From positions 24,152,150-24,216,149 of the forward strand of contig NC_134026.1 of NCBI RefSeq assembly GCF_964204645.1: a stretch of DNA of 64,000 bases, in the 5' to 3' direction. The stretch is from Tubulanus polymorphus (lineage: Eukaryota > Animalia > Nemertea). Both the position numbers and the translations under genes were made by a program. The notes under the pieces are model-generated. The model saw nothing but the letters and a program-made list of their open reading frames with translations. It did not search any database and was not told where the DNA came from. Within the stretch, counting starts at the first letter, position 1. Each line of letters opens with the position of its first letter. Below, piece by piece: positions 1 to 14,600 of the stretch.

Positions 1-393
1 GTTACTATTTAATGTGAAAATCTTTTTATCGTTGCTCTAGCCGTACAGAAATTTTTTTAGTATGGCCTCGGTTGTGAATTAATCCAAGTATGGTCGTGAA
101 ATCCTGAATTTTATTCATTTTCTTGCGTGAAAACGTGAATTCTAGGCTATCCCGGCTGTTCTCCAGCCGCAGAGTTTTAAAAATCATTTTTCAAGATTTG
201 GAGTATCGGATGAATGGCCATGTCTGTATCAAGTTCATAGTGAAAATATAATAAGGATGATGATAAACTATCAGTATTTTGCTGCAGATGAAAGCCGGAA
301 ACAAAGCACTAGACGAAAGATAAATTTCATTTCCTCCCACACGCGTACGTACCTCTTTCTACTACCGTGAGAGCGCGCGACTCTCTCCTACCC

Positions 394-419
394 ATTGGTG
401 GCAAGCCGCCGTTGCATCA
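394..419 (+). promoter_or_regulatory. Putative SLC7 promoter elements: inverted CCAAT box (ATTGG 394-398) and C/EBP-ATF amino-acid response element (GTTGCATCA 411-419)
   Basis: GTTGCATCA fits the AARE/CARE consensus RTTKCATCA. It lies in a CpG-richer patch about 110 nt before a strong donor (ctga|gtaagt, ~530) that probably ends a non-coding first exon. Confidence 0.4.
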
Positions 420-1983
420 CCCTGTCACTTTTGCTTCTAGAGTACCACCGACCGGCGGCTGCATTAACTGTCTGGAACCTGGAATATTTACAAAAAGGAA
501 CATTGATCTGTTGAATTTTTACATATCTGAGTAAGTCCTTAATTGTACTTTTTGATCAGTTATTTTATCACTTTTTTCGTTATCAGTTTTGCAGAAAAAA
601 GATTGATTATATACGTACGTATAAGTAATGTAATTGCACATGCTTCATGATATTTGAATTCAAATATTCTGAATTATCTAATTTGCGCTTGCAACTTCAT
701 ATCATTTACATATGGCCCGTTGTTTTTATGAAAAATCCGCGGGAATTATTGATGCGTATTTATAGGATTCGAACCTTAACACGAGAATGCGCGATTTGAA
801 TGCATCTAAATGCTGTCTGAACCGCGTGCTGTAAAATCGGAGTCATCACTTGCAGGTGCGGACAGAATGAATTTGTCCATAGAACTCGAATCACATTTTT
901 TTTTTTAGTTCTATGGTTTTCGATCCGACAATCTTAAGTCTGAGATACAGTACTTAGGCCTAAGGGCTGTAAGATTCATGCAAAATATCGTCTTCCTTCA
1001 TGAAAGCAGATGATCAGAGAAAAGTGAACCGTCGAAATGCGCAATCACAAACCGCGACGGCCTCGGGATTTTCACTTTTTAGTTTTTGTTTTGACATGTC
1101 CATTGAATAAATAACGTCGGGTCTATGCTATTATCCCTCATTCCCTGCTCTATCGGTTCCTATCATTGTTAATGTCAAATCGTCATTCGTCATGGTTCTA
1201 TTCTACAACAAAAGGCAAAGGCCATAAAGGGCGGATCTAGGGTAAAAAAGGAAAGGGCTAATCTAGGACTGGATCTGCCACTGTTTCAATTTTTAAAAGT
1301 GAAAAAAGAAAACTGGCAATCTATTCTAATTGTGAAGTAGTGGATAAACAATGCAGGGATTTTACAGGCCACATGCTATTTGTTTACCGCGACCAGAGGC
1401 CTTCACTTGTCTTTGTGGGGCATTTTGCTTGTCAATGGGATGGGGCCCTCATCTTGGTGGGGGAATGATATTTTTCAAAATTTGCTGCCAGGTGCCTTTG
1501 CCTGGATGTATTCTTCCAGATTTCAGAATTTCAAAACTAATATTGGATAGGCCTATATATTTTTTTCACGACAAAATCACAAGAGAAATGATTTGATAAG
1601 AGCTGTACCCAATGCCTACTCTAAAAGACCTGAACACTTTCGATAGGCCTATGCTGCATATTTCCATTGTTTCTGGCGACTCCCTGCTGCTACCTCCTTG
1701 TCAGGATTGATTTCTTGGAAAATGTTAGCGGGCCATCCATTGCAGCACTCCTGCTTTAAAACTCTGGATATCTCTTACACCTTTTGCTAAATCCACCCTT
1801 GTGGACCTTCTGTGGGCCTTCTAAAAACTGCTATGAATTGGAAATCAAGGAAATTGAAAGTCTTACAAAGCAAACTTTGTTGAGTTAGGCTTCCTTTGAG
1901 CTTGCCTTTTTCCCACAGTTGAGGGGCAGTCAGCTATTTCAGGTTGTAGTGTTTCTTATTGTTTTCAGGTGTTTAGAGAGATA

Positions 1984-4900
1984 ATGGCCCAGACTGCAGA
2001 AACAGACAACATGATGAATATTGAAACGATAAGTGATGCATCTGTATCTAGTTCTACCACTGATTCTTCACTTAATTCTAACAACTCCATAAAACTGAAA
2101 AGAAATTTAGGATTGCGTAATGGTATTGCAATTATCATTGGTATTATAATTGGCAGCGGAATATTTGTTAGTCCAACTGGTGTACTTCATGATGCTGGAT
2201 CGGTTGGCATGGCGCTCATGATTTGGTTACTCTGTGGTATAGCAACATTGCTGGGTGGACTATGCTATGCTGAACTTGGCACGTCTATCCCGGTGTCGGG
2301 AGGACCGTATTCTTATATTTACGAAGCATTTGGTCGATTACCAGCGTTTTTAACCTTATGGATATCCGTGCTGATGAGGACCCCAACTGGTAACGCGATT
2401 ATGGCTTTGACTTTTGCAAACTACGTTCTTTATCCAGTTTTTCCAGACTGTCAACCACCTCACGAGGCAAAAGTGTTATTGGCAGCTATATCAATTTGTA
2501 AGTAGGCACCAGTATTTGATAATTTTTTCATCCATATGATTCAAGTTGAGTGCACTCGCGCTATGGGTTCACATCAGTGTTTTCCTTCTGTCGGGTCTTT
2601 TGATGGAAGAAAAATTGGTATATGTAATCATTAATACAGGTTGATATAAAAACACTGCGATTATGTATATAATTTTTTTGTGTGTGCACCTTGTGAGCAC
2701 CTTGTTAATCTAACCTGGAACCAAGTGTTTTGAATGATAATACTGAATGTTTGGTCTCAAATTACAAAGATTGGCATTGTTGGTATCTGGTGAAGTAATG
2801 TTGGGTACTGTTACCCTCCAATTACTCTGACCAATTATGGGAAGTTTTCACCATTTATTAAACAGGCCCGTTCAGATCATATTTGTCTACCGTTATTTAT
2901 CACATGAAATCTTCCTATTTATAACTACATGTAGAATTAATGTTTCTATTGTGCATTTTTTTTTCAAATTCAGGTTTTCTATCATTTCTGAATTGTGCAA
3001 GTGTTGATTGGGCGGCACGGTTACAAGACGTTTTCATGTTCTTCAAAATTCTAGCGCTTGGAATCATAATAGTTGCAGGCATGATTCCTCTCTTTAAAGG
3101 TATTTATTCAAATCTAATTTGAAGGCATTTCTTATTATTCTGTCAATTTTGAACAGCTGATATCTGTAGTATTTTTGCCTCCTTATCGCTTAACATACCT
3201 CATTCAAGAATCATTTCAGTGAAAACCATTCTTTGAAATATGCTTCCCGTTGTAGTTGATTGTACAAGATATCACGTTACAATGACTAATTAATATTTGA
3301 CTTGGTGACTGAAACTTTATTAACTGTATAATATCTGGTTACCTATTACTGCTATTCTATTACTTGATGGAAAGCATTTATCAAATTTGAGTTCATTGTA
3401 AGATGAATGTCTTTCTTCAATATGCGTTCTATATTCGTTATTTTTCAACTTTTAGGTAATACTGAACACTTTGAGAAGCCATTTGAATCGACGACAAGGG
3501 ACCCAGGAAAAATATCTCTAGCAATCTATGCAGGGTTATTTTCATTCTCTGGCTGGTGAGTACTTCTCTTAGTTCTTAATCTTGAATATTACAGTAAACC
3601 TCATCTTGCTCGGACAACGACAACTCTGATTTTCAACTAACTATGACAAAAAATTAAATCATTTTTCAGACGTCCTTATGTATTATCCTATCCTTAATTC
3701 GGACTTCGCTTATCTCAGACCAATTTTGCCGGTCCCATTTTATTCAACAATACTAAATGAAGGACACTCAAAAAGTGTGTATTGGGCAGTCTTGCAGTTT
3801 GACGTATTTTTCATTAGTTAGCCAGCCTACTGCAATTTTGACATCATGCCTTAGAAAGGGTCATATCCACCGAGTCCTCAATAAATACCAATAATGACGA
3901 GCTAAATATTTATTATGCCTTTCATTACACGCTGTGTGGAAGAAGATGAATGTAACCTTTGTCGGCGTCGCTTAGAACTTCGGAACCTGTATTGCATGTG
4001 AGGCAGATGATTAAATATAAATAACCACCTGATCAATATGATATATATCTAAAACTACTAATTATGCGTATAGTTGGGGGAAGACATATGCTGGGGTCTA
4101 ATGTTATATGGAGACTTCTAGCTAAATCTTGGTGAAACATGTCTGCTTGGCTATTGATTAATCTATATCATAGTCGATGCCGCGTCTTATTTTCTTGACT
4201 GGTGTGCGAAACACACGCATAAAACTGTGATAAATCGGTACCACAATCCACAGCAGTAATTGATCAGGTTTCCCGTTTCATAAAGGGCGGTACTTACTTG
4301 GTACCTTTAAGGAGATGTTTTTAGGACATGTTGACTGAATTCTGTACCCTTGTTTATGAGTGATTAGAAGAAGTTTGAACTTGCTTGAACGCTTTAATGA
4401 AATCATTTGAGTGGCTTTTCATTGGAAGCAATTCTTCGAATAGGCTTTGGCAATATTACATTCCACGAACTTAATAAAAGCAGCATGAAATATGATTCCA
4501 CAAACATTGTAAAAAAGAATTCTACATTGTACAAAACTAATAATATCAACATATATTGCTTCAGGTTTTATTAATTTTTGATGTGGTGTACTGTGCAGTT
4601 GTTAACAATGATTTTATCGCCATGATTCAATCATTTGATATTCTGCGACACATGGCCAAATAATGTTGTCTCCCTTCATATCATAAGTTCAATTAAGATA
4701 TTCAGTAGTTATTGCGAAAAACATTAGATGTTTTGAGATGCTTGCTCTCCTACAAACAACATCTATTGTACGGGGTTTGTTCCTTCCTTTCTTCCCTCCT
4801 CTCAATCTACGGTATTTCTTGAATGATTTACAGATTGTATCTGACAGCCCGGCTGTCTGATATGTATTGATACTTCCACATTATATCAATAACGATACAC

Positions 4901-7900
4901 CTCTTCTTAGTATAAAACTATGGTAATATAAGAAGCCAACAATAGAGAGAACTAAAATTAATCGCTTTTGCTGAACATTAGCTCCACCCTAGTATAGTAC
5001 TGGTATGTTAGCTGCTAAATGCTGTAGCAAGCGTAGATAAATGTCACGTTAAGGGTATTATAAAATGCTCTATGAGTAATGCACTTGGTAACACTGAATT
5101 AGAAGGTGATTCCTCCCATTGACTTGTAGATAGGTTGATCTAACGCATTTCCGCTCTGAATGATTTTAATTTTCTTTTTCAGGGATGGGTTCAACTTTGT
5201 AACAGAAGAGATACGAAACCCAAAACGGTTGGTATTTCAAACTGTTATTGAACTCATCATTAATTTAATCACATACATATTGCGAAAAATAAGATACCAT
5301 ATGAAATAAGTAGTTCATCATCTTGAGCTGATTCCCCACGTTTACTTATCATAAAAAATTCCTTGAGCTTCTAACATAGAATAGTAAGGCTTGCTTGCAT
5401 CGGTGTACCGTGCATCTCGTATCCAGTGCATCCATGTAGTATTAGTTGCTCAATCGACTGAGATACTGAAGCCAATTTGAAGCAGTAATTTGGTGCAAGT
5501 CATGAATACTGATCAAGAGAAGGTTATAGTGGTAAAGATCCCCGATTCTTTGAAGTAGGTAGAAATCGCCCACCTTTTGAATAGAGTGCAACTTATTCAT
5601 ACAAATTATCGAACAATTTGAATTAGATAAAACACTAAAAACTAACAGTTCATTATACTAGATTAATACTGAAAGTTATCACACAGCTCAAATGTATTAC
5701 GCTAGCTTGAATTTAAGATATTTCAAATTAAAAGTTCATTGTTTCTAATAATTGCATCGCACACTGAAATATACCACAAAAAGGTCGCAGTTAATATTCC
5801 AGTTTCGAATTTAAAAATATCCCTGATAAAAAGTTTGTCTAATTCTATTTGTTCTAACAATTAATTTAATTCTTAGAGTTTATTCACGAATGTATCACAA
5901 CGTAAGAGTTTATTGCACGGTTCAAATATATTGCAGTTTTGTTGCAAATGAATAGAATTGGAGAAATATCTTGCTTTGAAATGTTCTCAAAAAGGAGAGT
6001 TTTTACCTACTTTGAAGATATGGGGATTCATTTTACTATGTGGATTTTTACCGGGTTTTCATTATATCAAGTCTTCTTGTTTGATTCTTTAATTCTTCTT
6101 CTTTGATTTAGTCATAATCTTAAGAAGGTTTAACAAAGCAATTCATATCACCATTTACTTCTTTAAAATTTCCATCTATTTCTACAATGATCTACATTCA
6201 AATTATGCCATACAGTGATCGTAAAATGATTTAAAATTATTAAGTGCCACAAAAAAATTCTGAGATAATCAAAGCAAATGATATTAACAGAGCTGCCGAC
6301 TGTTCCTGATTTTCCATTGTTACTGTTTTACAAGAAATACTGGTTAATAATAAGATAAAAACCCACTATGTACAAATTAAAAGAATTCTAAAATCGAGAA
6401 TTTATTTATTGAAGCAATCTAAAATATAAGAACACGACGTTTCGATCTCACCCTAGAGATCATCGTCAGGTTTGTACTTCGTCAGGTCGTCAGGTTCACA
6501 ACTGACGATGATCTCTAGGGTGTGATCGAAACGTTGTGTTCTTATATTTTAGATTGTTTCAATAGATAAATTCTCGGTTTTAGAATTCTTTTAATTTGTA
6601 CATAGTGGGTTTTTATCTTATTATCTATTCACCACGTTTGACTGTGGTTATCGCACTACTGGTTAATTTGTTTATAATGCATACAGAAAGATGAAAGTCA
6701 GGGTTATTGATTTCTGATTAATTTGAACATTTTCCTTCATATTTCAATCAAATGTTACTAAAACAATTCAATTTATTACTGATAGCACTTTTCAGCTCTG
6801 TATTAAATGTTGATCCCTGATTATCGAATTCTTCAAATCTTTTAATTGTTTTTTTATTATAAACTTGGGTTTCATTGGTAAACAAGGTTCGGATTGATCA
6901 AGCGTATTTATTATTCTGAATGTGCCGCAATGAACTCGAGGCTACGATTCTCAAATGACTGCCATTTCGTTCTTCTTCTTCACGTCGGCCGTTGTCATAG
7001 CGACAGACTAGGAAATACGGCAAACTGTGTATTATATCGATTCTACATCAAACTGTAAAATGAATATCTGTTTGAAAGTGCAGGAAAACACAAAAATATT
7101 ATTGTTCTTCAGATAAGATAGATCGCTTTGCTTATCTCGTGTGGCAATTGGGCGATATTTGATTTGCAGCTCTTGATGGTTGATTACTCGTTAATAAGGC
7201 CAACTAGTCATAGTTGAATGTATATGAGAGATTTGGATCATTACTGATGTCGGGGAATATTGGATTTCAGATAAATCTGGCTGCCTCACATTATCCATGG
7301 GTCATAAAACAAAAAGTTCTCGAGTGGAACAAACTCCAAAGTGCTTTAAGATCGAAGATTGACTTGAATTTCTTTTTTTTTTAAATTGACAAGAAATTAT
7401 TTCATAATTGTAGATTCTTCAAGGCATTTCCTCTGTCTTACCAACGTTTATACTTTAGGTTAAACCAACAGAAAGAAATGATTTGTGGATACGTTTTTTG
7501 CATGTAAATGGGGATTTCACTGTATTCCGACCATCTTCAATAACTGATAATATTTTTTGAATAATTTTTTTTCTTCCAGAAATCTTCCACTGGCTATATG
7601 GATCTCCATTCCGTTATGTACGATTGTCTATCTATTAGTCAACGTAGCATTTTTCACCGTTCTCGATCAGCACGAAATATTGACATCATCTGCTATTGCG
7701 GTGGTAAGTACTTGCGATGTTGTATTTAGTTACGTACGCATACATCATAGCAGCATGAAGGGTCGCCATCAAGAACACTGGACTGAATTCGTTACCGATA
7801 CATTACGCGTTTAATGCAATGACACAAAGCGCCTCGGTTGACTTATACATTTTGCTTGTTTGCCTTTTGTAGGTCGATGGTTTTATACGAAATCGAAATT

Positions 7901-10900
7901 TTACAAAATGTATGGATCAATCGGGCGCAAAAAATTCCAAACTAATAAAATCTTTTAATAAAATTGAAGAATGGAATGTACGAAAAGTACCCTTCATGTT
8001 GCCGCCATCCTCTTGGGTATCTCTCACATAATTAGGGCCAGTAGTTAGTTAAGTGTGATACCCATTGCTTGAATTACATTCGTAATGTGTGTCACACTAC
8101 TGTCGATTTTAATATATTGTTTTACTCAGTCACATCCATTGCTGGAATTACATTCGTAATGGGTGTAACACTAGAAATTGCTCAGGGTCGAAATTTTTCT
8201 ATCACTACGTTTTTTTGCGGTCAGGGCTACATAATTGGGCGACTGCCGAAACGTAGAAGTTGGACGTGGTTTTTTCTGAATGTCGCGCGGAAGTGTTGCA
8301 TCTATTACTGGAATTACATTCGTAATGGGTGTAATATCTATACTGTAACAAACCTTTCTTACACCGTGTTGTGTCCAATGCTTGAATTACATTCGTAATG
8401 GGCACGATACTCTAATACTTAGGATTAAACTAGTTGATATACGCAGTACTGTTTAATAATGCAATAAGTGGATAATGTTTAAGATGATCGAGTGCTGTGA
8501 ATTAAAAGAATTAGAATTATTCGTGAGAGATGCCCAGCCTTGTTTTTCAGTGACCCTCAGACATAGCCGGGTAGATGGTGTGTCGTGTGAGAAGTCGAAC
8601 TCATTTGTTGTCGATGGATCCTTGCATGCTGTCGAAAACCTATTTGTCATAAAACATTAGCGTATTCAGCGATTTCAACGCTGGTGTTTAGCATACAGAA
8701 CTGCTAGTCGTTTCAAATTCGATGAATGCAATCGAATGTGAGTTAGATGCCAGTCAAACTCACGACGTAAAAATCAGTTAAGGTTTCCTACATCATGGAG
8801 AATTTGGTCGGCAACTATAAATGTGTTTGGCTTACTTGCACGGTTAGCACACTGGGCAAAACCACGTCTGGCCTGAGGACTGGGTGTGGGACGCTAGTTG
8901 GGGGACATTCATAGATTGATTGCTTCTTTTAGACATTCAGTCAGAAAATGCTGGGCGTGATGTCATTTCTGATGCCCGTGTTTGTTGCCTTCTCCTGCTT
9001 CGGTAGTCTGAATGGATCTCTTCTTACCGGGTCCAGGTGAGCTAAAATGTATAATCTCTTGACCTACAAGACAGTTAGTGCCGCTCTCTGCAGGCTGCTG
9101 TTGCTGGTGAATTTACTCATATTTCGTATCACAGGTAAAAAAGTTTAGTTGGTTCATTGAACCTGTGAACTGTCACGTGTAGACTGAGGGCAAGCCGATA
9201 CTACTCTGTGCTACGAGCTAGCTCTGTGGAACTGGCAAACCATTGCTTAAAATGGCTTATTTTAGATGGAGGAAAATGAATTAGTACTGAATAGATCTCT
9301 ACACTAAATCTTAGAAACAACCAATTATCAACCAATTATTGAGCAGGAAAAGATACATTTACATCATGTGATTTATGAATATTTTCACTCTTTCAATCAG
9401 TAATTTATCAGTAATTTAGAATTATGAAAACGACTAATCACGATTTTGGGTTTCCAGTACCCCTGGAAAGAACATCAAGCATGAGTTGTTGTTGGAGAAT
9501 TTCATTAACTTTTGGAAACCCCCGCCGTTTTTGCATGGATGGAGTACTGTTGCTGATACATTTTAAAGGGTTTGGCGAGCATGACAACGCAATGCTATTT
9601 TGCTGTATCTTTTCCATCGATGATTCCACTGTACTGGTGTTCTTCAAGGATCACTGCCGCATGTAGTTACAATTTCAATATTCTGAATAGCCGTCCTCAG
9701 CAGTACTAGCTGTGGATTCTCACAATACCTACAAATCGATCTCTCATTATGGTGTCAGAAATATTGGACATTGGCTCATCATAGTGAAGTACATTTCAAC
9801 TGAATATACCTTTAATGTGTGTGTATTATATTAACACCTCTGATGATTATATTTTCTATTTGAATTATGTTCCTTTTTTTTTAGAGACACATGAGATGTG
9901 CATACTCTGGCTGGTTATCCGGGAGTATGTGTATCTTGACATGAAAATTTTCTCTATTTTCAGAATTGTTTTAAATTTCTTCTTTTTCTAATAGGGATTA
10001 TTTATCTATACATGTCACTATATTAAATTACTACTAAATGATGTATCTAAATTTATAGGAAAAGGCTTAAATTCATTTTCGCTCTATTGATCAAAAATTC
10101 TTCACATGACAGCACACTGATTACAAGCAGTTAGTGCCACTATATCGTGATAATTAAACCATTACATTTCAGATCAAGCAATTTTTATTATTTTCCTGTT
10201 GCTTCTTAAAATGAGATAGTCATGGCCCGGCTTAGTGTCCAGGAATTGAACCTGATTTATAGCAAGTTGGCACTTTTCTGTTCATTCTATGATGCAAGTT
10301 CAAATGCTGATCGTTTCTCTTATCGCTAACCTGAAACTAATAAAAACTATTATCTATTAATTTTCTCCTCAGCCATTCCAATTCAGCTGTGTGATACTGG
10401 TAATATCTAGAAAAATATATTTCTCATAAAGAAAAGACATCCTTTTGAAAAGCATATTACCAGTTGAATGATAGTTTATGTACGCTGCTCATGCTTTACC
10501 CGTTATGATTGATTACAGGTCATTCTTTGTCGGAGCTCGAGATGGAAATCTACCAAGCGTGATGGCACTGGTTAATGTCAAGTGTTTGACTCCCATCACA
10601 TCTGTTATATTTGGGGTAATGTATTAATTAAACGGTAGATAAACCAATAGCCAAATGTCTGGGGATCAATTGGTGAATAAATATTGATCTACACTTTACA
10701 CATATTTAATCCAATCACATTCATACATATTATTTTAGGGTATCATGTCGCTGATAATGATTTCTACGGGAGATGTCTTCGAGTTGATCACTTATTTTGA
10801 ATTTGTCGAATCATTGTTGCTCGGAGCTCCAGTTCTCGGCTTACTCTATTTACGATGGAAGAAGCCAGACATGCCAAGGCCAGTGAAGGTATAATTACTT

Positions 10901-11669
10901 TCTCCTAATGTTTAAACGCAGGCCCGTGCCGTGGGTAGCGAACAAACCCTCTACAATTTTCAGAACCCTTCAAAAAGTCAGTGTAACAAAATTTGGCTCA
11001 AACTTCTAAGTCAAAGAAATCATTCCTTAAAACTGTTCAATTAGTTGTAAATATTGTTGAATATTGGAGATACATACTATTTGAATTTAATGCCTAAAAC
11101 GTAAAATGAAACGTTTTTCAAGTTTAGGTTATCGAAAAAATTATGTTTTAATAAGAAAGAGCCCCTTTTTCTCAGTGAAATAGTGCCCTCTTTCTTGAAA
11201 TAGAACTGCCCCTCAAAAAGCTTAATATGGGCCTGAAATGTTTATGAAACTAAGTCTTGATTTATTTTTAGGTACATATTATTATCCCAATAATGTATCT
11301 GGTTGTCGTCACATTCTTACTGTTATTCCCCTGGCTTGAGAGTCCAGTCGAGACCATGTGGGGCGTTGTGATGATTTTGTCAGGCTTACCCATTTACCTG
11401 ATATTCATATCGTGGAACTTTAAACCTAAATGCGTCGAGAAATTTGTCTGTAAGTGCCATTACCTTAATGATAGGGCAATATAGAGTTGTGCAATGAAGA
11501 ATATCTCCATTCATATTAACTATCATATAGTACTGGTAACCGAGTTTCTCCCCATCCGTTGCTAAACTGAGAATATATTCGTCTTATTTTTACAGATAAC
11601 ATTACGAAGTACACTCAACTTATATTCTACTGTGTACCGCAGGAAGGCTACGAAGAGAAGCTCGCCTAG
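1984..11669 (+). CDS. SLC7 family L-type (LAT/y+LAT/xCT-like) amino-acid transporter light chain; 10 coding exons: 1984-2497, 2974-3099, 3456-3555, 5183-5227, 7580-7703, 8933-9036, 10519-10615, 10739-10888, 11272-11449, 11596-11669
   Basis: Signature motifs [51 protein letters not shown] and [10 protein letters not shown]. All junctions are GT-AG and phase-consistent; stop TAG at 11667-11669. The exact SLC7 paralogue cannot be assigned by eye. Confidence 0.93.
6349..6656. mobile_element. Penelope-like element remnant forming a ~280-bp inverted repeat with two hammerhead ribozyme cores
   Basis: Arms ~6349-6470 and ~6502-6624 are near-perfect reverse complements. Each contains CTGACGA-T-GATC..GATC-GAAA-CGT(C/T). 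The insertion is flanked by the 11-bp direct repeat TACTGGTTAAT (6338-6348 and 6657-6667). Confidence 0.75.
8055..8410 (+). repeat. Four dispersed copies of a ~45-nt hairpin with invariant apex GAATTACATTCGTAATG
   Basis: The apex motif starts at 8071, 8145, 8311 and 8384. In each copy the flanks pair into a 14-17-bp stem. Confidence 0.8.
10919..11235. mobile_element. Possible degenerate MITE in an SLC7 intron
   Basis: Short inverted termini CAGGCCCGT ... ATGGGCCTG. No clean TSD. Confidence 0.3.
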
Positions 11670-14600
11670 TAATTAGAAGTTGCGCGATGTACATGTATAT
11701 ATAAATTGAATCTCTACGTGCTATATTAAGTAACTATAAGCTTTGCAAGGTGTGTCTGATGAAGATGTTTTGACTAAAGGAGGCAGCACTTTCTACACAC
11801 AGAACAGAGTGATGCCGTTGGTGATAGATGAACATGATGCTTCCATCGTTATTCAAGTTCCTTCAAATTGATGAGAATCCAAATATTTTGAAAAAGTTCC
11901 AATTTCTTCAACTTGGAAGGAAGACAAATTTTTCGCCGCCTTTTTGAAATGGGTCCTTCAGTTGGAATTTGTCCGTCCGTTAGAAATGGCGCTGTATATA
12001 GATATACAGATATATGGGATTATGATTTGTCTTCTTAAAATGGTGGTATGCATAGCTAACAAAACAAGAAATGAAATAACATCAATATTTTCATAGACCA
12101 TTTTTGAAATAAACTCTTAAAACTGCTGTAAATCAACAGCATTTAGAAAACCTTATTCATCTATTTGGGGTTAGTTCATATCTCAGTTGATATTTTGAAC
12201 AGAAATTATATAATCTATACATGGTTTATATTGATGTAAGGCATGGCTCAGAGAAATGTTTTATTAGCACTAGAAAAACTTGAAGGAACATCTTAGATTA
12301 CACGGGTCCTTCTACACAATGGCTGCAACTGTGATCAGTATTATTTGAATTTTATACCTGTTGTGGACACAATACACGATCATTCCTGTTCACTGGAAGA
12401 ACTTATGTTTATATAATACTTCTGTTTACAAAGAAGTGTGGTTCATAGACATATATTAACTAATACATCGTAGGTGATTGTTACTGGGCAAATTCACAGG
12501 AACATTCCTGTCCAGGCAACTCCTAGGGTAAAAGATATTTTCAAGTAGTTGATGGTTAGTTTTTATACTAGAATTCTATATAAGATTGCGTACAGCAAAG
12601 TAGATGCATTTGTAATTATAGGAATTCATCAAGATTATTGTGTGATAACACCTCATTGTTGGTTGGCATCATTCTTACTTGTTAATCATGAGACTTGCAC
12701 TGTAACGATATGTCTAGGATTTGAATTATCTAAGACCTGTGATGCTAGTTCACTTCTGTTGGATCGATTTTAATGAGGGCAATTACTTGTTGCTGATGGT
12801 TTATCAGATATATATGTATCAGCAATTTCGAGTTGTGTTAGTATTCTATTCTATCGAATCATGAGCTGATGAACATTACTGTTCGACCTGTCGGTGAACA
12901 TTCCGTTCATGAGAATTACTGTTGCAGTCATTGAAGTTAGATCGACCGTGGACTCTGGATTGACTAAAAATCATTCCTGAGTAATTTAGTAGTCTTATAT
13001 CAAGGTGGCATATTGATTTACTGAAGTATTTAGGTTTAATCAAAAATTCATCGTCTTTATGAATTTTTGGTTTAATTCATTCTGTTAGAAATATCTGCCA
13101 CATCTCTCCAGACCAGAATCAGGAGAAATGCATTTAAATGCACATGTGATTGGATTGTGGGATTAAACACATGTGCTATGTTTATTTGATTGATAGGAAA
13201 TGTGTCATTAATAGTGTAGTTTTGTAGGAGCTCAAAAATATATGGTATGTCTATTTTACTGAGAGATATGTGTTGACATATTTTGCAGAACAATATTTTT
13301 TAATATCCTGTAAATATGTGAAATCATAATTACGCATTGTGGAATCATTAGAAATTAATTGATTTTGCTGTGATAGAATTATCATCATTGATGGTCTCCG
13401 TAGATGAAGTCGTTATCACGAAGAAATTGTTGCTTTGTTCAATTTTTCAAAGCAAGATCTGTGAAAAATACTAAGGTCTATCCTAATGTTACTAAGTAAG
13501 GCGGAGTCCACTCTGTTACTTTAACTGATTGTTTTAAATGAAAATCTTAAGCTGTAAAGTAGTTGATTCTTCCAAGTATTCTATCAATTTTTCATTTCTT
13601 AAAGGGTTGAATTTTTAATCAGCCAGTGATTATGTTAACCTTTGCCAAATAGTCAAGTATTGTACATTAACAAGTGTCTTCATGAAGTTGTATTGTGAAA
13701 TGTATCCACAACTTCGGATATGGTAGATGTTATCTTTTGATTTTTTCATGCCTTGAAATATTGTTATCATCGTTACACATGTGCGTATCAACGATGAGAT
13801 GAAATTATATTTTAGGATGAACCTGTGATGATAATCTTCGTGCCAATACTTCCTCAATGGATACTTCTCTGGATACTGTGAAAGCGGCTTAAATATTGCT
13901 CTGTAGTTACCGACAATTCGTTTCATTCTGTTATCTTGATTGTTACTTGCAGTATCTGGTATTTATTGCATCTTTTGATGCATTTTTAAGAAACTAAACT
14001 GTCATTTATCTTTGACTTGTAGAGTCAGAGAATAGATTGGCTAGTGACGACTTTAACTTGCTTAGAGCATATCTTTCGTTATGCATAAAATGCAGCGGCA
14101 TGTTTTTGACACATTATTTGGGAGGTACCTCAACTCATCATGGCTAATGCATGTTACATTTAAATTTTGTATCATGTTTGTTAAAAAACAATTTTTGCTC
14201 AAATTGCTTCTAAATATGTGGTAGCCATATTTTTGTAATTTTGGTCATTGTTTTTTGAGCTCAGGGTTAAACATTAACTTGTAGTATATTACCAGATTCT
14301 GCATCTGGATATACCCGATCTCCTATCATATTCTACAACAGACTAAATGCTTATCCGATGATACATGTACTGTTTGTGAAAGCTTTATGTCAATGTCGCT
14401 CAGTTTTACGTGAACAATCAGAGCTTTTATCAAATCAGTGCAGTATTATAAAATATATCGAAAATAAGTGTTCTATTGAGACAGTTTATATATATATTAT
14501 GTAGATTGTATTGTATAACTGACATTGTTCACCATAAATCAAACATGCACGGCCTATCGTATTTTATTTTATTTGTGGAAGTGTATATGGTTGATTGACT

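Noticed and set aside
3591-3740. pogo-like MITE start TA|CAGTAAACCTC
   Set aside because: The matching right TIR is too decayed to delimit an element.
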